From NCBI GenBank assembly GCA_965208155.1, contig OZ242322.1, positions 100,305-164,304 on the forward strand: a stretch of DNA of 64,000 nucleotides, written 5' to 3'. The number at the start of each line of letters is the position of its first letter. Position 1 is the stretch's first letter. The notes under the pieces are model-generated. The model saw nothing but the letters and a program-made list of their open reading frames with translations, did no database searches and was not told where the DNA came from. Origin of the DNA: Thermodesulfobacteriota bacterium (GTDB taxonomy: Bacteria > Desulfobacterota_D > UBA1144 > Nemesobacterales > Nemesobacteraceae). The position numbers and the translations under genes are program-made. This document shows, piece after piece, positions 61,273 to 64,000 of the stretch.

Positions 61273-61788
61273 ATGGTATATTTTACTTTCCAAACATGAA
61301 ATTGCAAATGCGAAGGTCAAGATTATGAAAATGGAAAAATCGTCAGGATACGCGATAGGACTTGATGTAGGAACAAACTCGATCGGGTGGAGCGTCATAA
61401 AAGAAAAAGATGGACAACCCATAGAATTTGTTGACTGTGGAAGCCGCATCTTTATCCGTTCGGTCGAAGATAAATCCCCCATACCTAAAAACAGAAAACG
61501 ACGGGATTCAAGGCTTCAAAGAAGACAGGTACAACGTCGCAGCAGACGCAAAAGTCGTCTTAGAAATTACCTTGTATCAAAAGAGTTTCTCCCTGAAGTG
61601 CTGAAAAACAATCCTGCCCCGGAAGAAGATCTGAACAGACTCGGAGACCCCTATTCCATAAGAAAAAAGGCACTTGATGAAGGGTGCACGACAAATTTGT
61701 GGGAATTTGAGGTTTTGGTAGGTTAGTATTGGCTTTTCGTTCTTTATCTGGTATTTGTCTTTAAAATACCAGTTAGGAGGAACATCCA

Positions 61789-62208
61789 ATGACTGACTCT
61801 TATATACAAAATCTCATTGATCAGCGCAACAGCGCCCTTGAAGAATTTGCCACTCTTGGGAACTTGTGTTCCGGATCCTTGGTTGAAACCTATAGAAAGT
61901 GCGGGAAACCAAATTGTCATTGTGCTAAGGAAGGAGGAAAGAAGCACGGCCCGAGTTATCTGTTAACGTATTTGGTCGACGGCAAACCCAAGTCCATGAG
62001 AGTTAAGGCGGGGCAACTTGAACATGTCCGCGAGCAGATAGCGGAGTGCAAGCGTTTTCGGGAGATGACAAGGAAGTTTATCGAAGTATGTAGCGAACTA
62101 AGTCGTGCGTTGCATAACAGAGTTGGCAAAAAAGAAGGGGATCAAAAAAAAACTCCGATTTCTACACCTCGGTCAAAAGGGAGATCTCGGAGGAAGCGGC
62201 GAAGCTGA
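61789..62208 (+). CDS. IS ORF1, DUF6788-like
   Basis: GSLVETYRKCGKPNCHC....HGP motif; AGGAGG RBS. Confidence 0.8.
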   Translation: MTDSYIQNLIDQRNSALEEFATLGNLCSGSLVETYRKCGKPNCHCAKEGGKKHGPSYLLTYLVDGKPKSMRVKAGQLEHVREQIAECKRFREMTRKFIEVCSELSRALHNRVGKKEGDQKKTPISTPRSKGRSRRKRRS

Positions 62209-63489
62209 CAGAGGACAGTTTTTTTCTTCATTCTGATTTTGAAAAGATAGAACGTAAGGCGAAGGACGCGGCGCTTATGGTTATGAGGAAAGCTGTAGAG
62301 CGGCGGTTCAATTCGGATCACAGTGATAAAAGCGAAGAGGGGGAGTTTTGTGGTTGTGGGAGGATGGCTGAGTATGTGGGTCGTCGCAAAAAACAGTTCA
62401 CTACAGTGCTTGGGTCTATGGTGCTTGAGAGGGCGTGGTATCACTGTGAGAGCTGCAATGAGGGTTTCAGTCCGCGGGACAGGGAATTAGGGCTTTCGAA
62501 TGATTCTCTTTCCCCGGGGGTGCTACGCATGGTAGGGGTAAGCGCAGCGGAGACCAGTTTTGGAGATGCCAGCCGGCTGATTAAGGAGCTTGGGGGACTT
62601 GACGTGGGGACAAAGCAGGTGGAGCGTCACGCTGAGGCGCTGGGGAGAGATATAGTGTTTGACGAAGAGCAGAGGGTTGAGAGTGGACAGTGCGCTGTGA
62701 AGACCTGTTATATGGGGATTGACGGTACGGGGGTTCCTATGCGAAAGAAAGAAACAAACAAAGGGACGGAAAGGCAAGCAGTCTGACGGGTCATCAAAGA
62801 GTCGTGAAGCAAAGCTTGTAGTGGTGTGGACAGCAGAGGGGCGGGATTCTAAAGGCAGGCCGGTACGGGATACTGGTTCTGTGAGCTACAACGCGGCTAT
62901 TGAAACTGTAATGGAAAAGGGAGAAGGTCTTTCTCCTTTTGCGCGCCGAGTGTTGAGGGAGAGTGAGCGCAGTGGTTTTGGGTCTGCCGAGAGACAGGTT
63001 GTGTTGGGGGATGGGGCGCTGTGGATATGGAATCTCTGCGAGAAGCTGTTTCCTGAGGCCATAGGGATAGTTGACATCTATCATGCCAAGGAGCATCTGA
63101 GTGAAGTGGCCAAGGCATTATACGGGGCGGGGAATGATCTTTGTTCTCAGTGGGCAAAGGAGCGTATGGGTGAACTTGATCAAGGGGAACTGGACAAGAT
63201 CATAGAGGTACTCAAGCAGAATGAGCACAGGCATGAGAAGGTCGGAAAATGCATTGTCTACATTAACAACAATCGTCATAGGATGAATTATCCGAAATTC
63301 CGGCGGATGGGTCTTTGTGTTTCTACCGGAGTGGTTGAAGGGGGATGCAAGTCTGTTGTAGGGAACCGTCTTAAGCGAGGGGGGATGCACTGGACTGTCC
63401 GTGGAGCCAATGCGATACTTGCCCTGAAGGCAGCGATTATGAGCAACCGATTCGACCCGTGGTGGAACCGTCGTGCGGCCAGCTTATAG
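62148..63489 (+). pseudogene. ISKra4 DDE transposase, frameshifted at about 62755
   Basis: GIDGTGVPM in one frame; REAKL, GDGALWIW, DIYHA, TGVVEGGCK..RLK in the next frame. Confidence 0.85.
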
Positions 63490-64000
63490 CGCGGATCCCA
63501 CAAATTTGTCGTGCACCCCTTGATGAAGAACTTACTCCTTATCAATTCGGTCGCGCTATTCTTCATCTGGGAACAAGGAGAGGATTTTTAAGCAATCGTA
63601 AAACCTCGTTTGGCGACCTGCTTGATGATACAGAGGCTCGCGAAATACTTGAGAGAGAAGATCAGAAATCGGAATCAAAAGACAAGGAAGAGGGAAAACT
63701 CAAAGAAGAAATCAGAAACCTCAGAGAAAATATACTTAAAGACGGATCCCGCACCTTGGGAGAGTATCTCGCAGGACTTCCACGCAAGCGAAACAGGGGA
63801 TCCTTTCACGACCGTCACACGGACCGCGCAATGTACTTCGAAGAATTCTCTGAGATATGGAAAAAACAATCGAGCTTTAACCCTGGACTCTACAATAAAG
63901 AAACACGAAAAGAACTTGAGAAAATCATATTCTTCCAGAGACCACTTAAATTAAAATCAGACCGTGTTGGACGCTGTTCCTTTGAACCTGCCCTGCAAAG

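Larger units (their letters stand above)
61682..63518 (+). mobile_element. ISKra4-family insertion sequence (1837 bp)
   Basis: Perfect 23-bp IRs GGGTGCACGACAAATTTGTGGGA (61682-61704, 63496-63518); 9-bp TSD CTTGATGAA (61673-61681, 63519-63527). Confidence 0.93.
61325..64000 (+). pseudogene. cas9: Type II-C cas9 interrupted by ISKra4 (continues beyond window)
   Basis: RuvC-I IGLDVGTNSIGW and Arg-rich bridge helix in 61325-61681; in-frame continuation from 63528: ELTPYQFGRAILHLGTRRGFLSNRK...IFFQRPLK..VGRCSFEP. Confidence 0.93.

Noticed and set aside
61682-61726. C-terminus GCTTNLWEFEVLVG of the 133-aa ORF as a small protein
   Set aside because: Read-through from cas9 into the IS left end
63610-63954. 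114-aa ORF from the ORF track
   Set aside because: Out-of-frame shadow of the cas9 continuation, which is not listed because it runs off the window
61100-64000. CRISPR array near cas9
   Set aside because: No repeat-spacer periodicity in the window; the array is probably beyond 64000
1-64000. tRNA or rRNA genes
   Set aside because: No cloverleaf/T-loop or rRNA signatures recognised in the intergenic regions

Overview
Bacterial chromosome segment of about 50% GC. The gene style tentatively suggests a Ca. Dadabacteria/Desulfobacterota-like lineage (inference only). It contains a housekeeping block (MFS, metF, ubiE/menG, pdxH) and the str-S10-spc-alpha ribosomal superoperon on the minus strand (6.8-26.0 kb), which lacks rpmD and has a compositionally aberrant tuf. 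From 26 to 41.5 kb an accessory/defence region around purD carries a type I RM system coupled to purD, an IS1182, an XRE-ImmA/PIN pair and orphan Cache proteins. Next come glmS-glmU-ssb, scattered accessory genes (Fic, DUF1640, PhoD, two split FmdB zinc ribbons, Schlafen-ATPase) and era. The window ends in a type II-C cas9 with a candidate tracrRNA, interrupted by an ISKra4 element (23-bp IRs, 9-bp TSD). Best leads: (i) three output-less tandem-Cache surface proteins with a predicted mature His1, two with a Cys-containing C-terminal anchor; (ii) accessory cassettes bracketed by degenerate direct repeats of resident gene starts or promoters; (iii) a reconstructable IS-inactivated Cas9 with its tracrRNA; (iv) a strong coding-strand G>C skew in tuf and both ISs.
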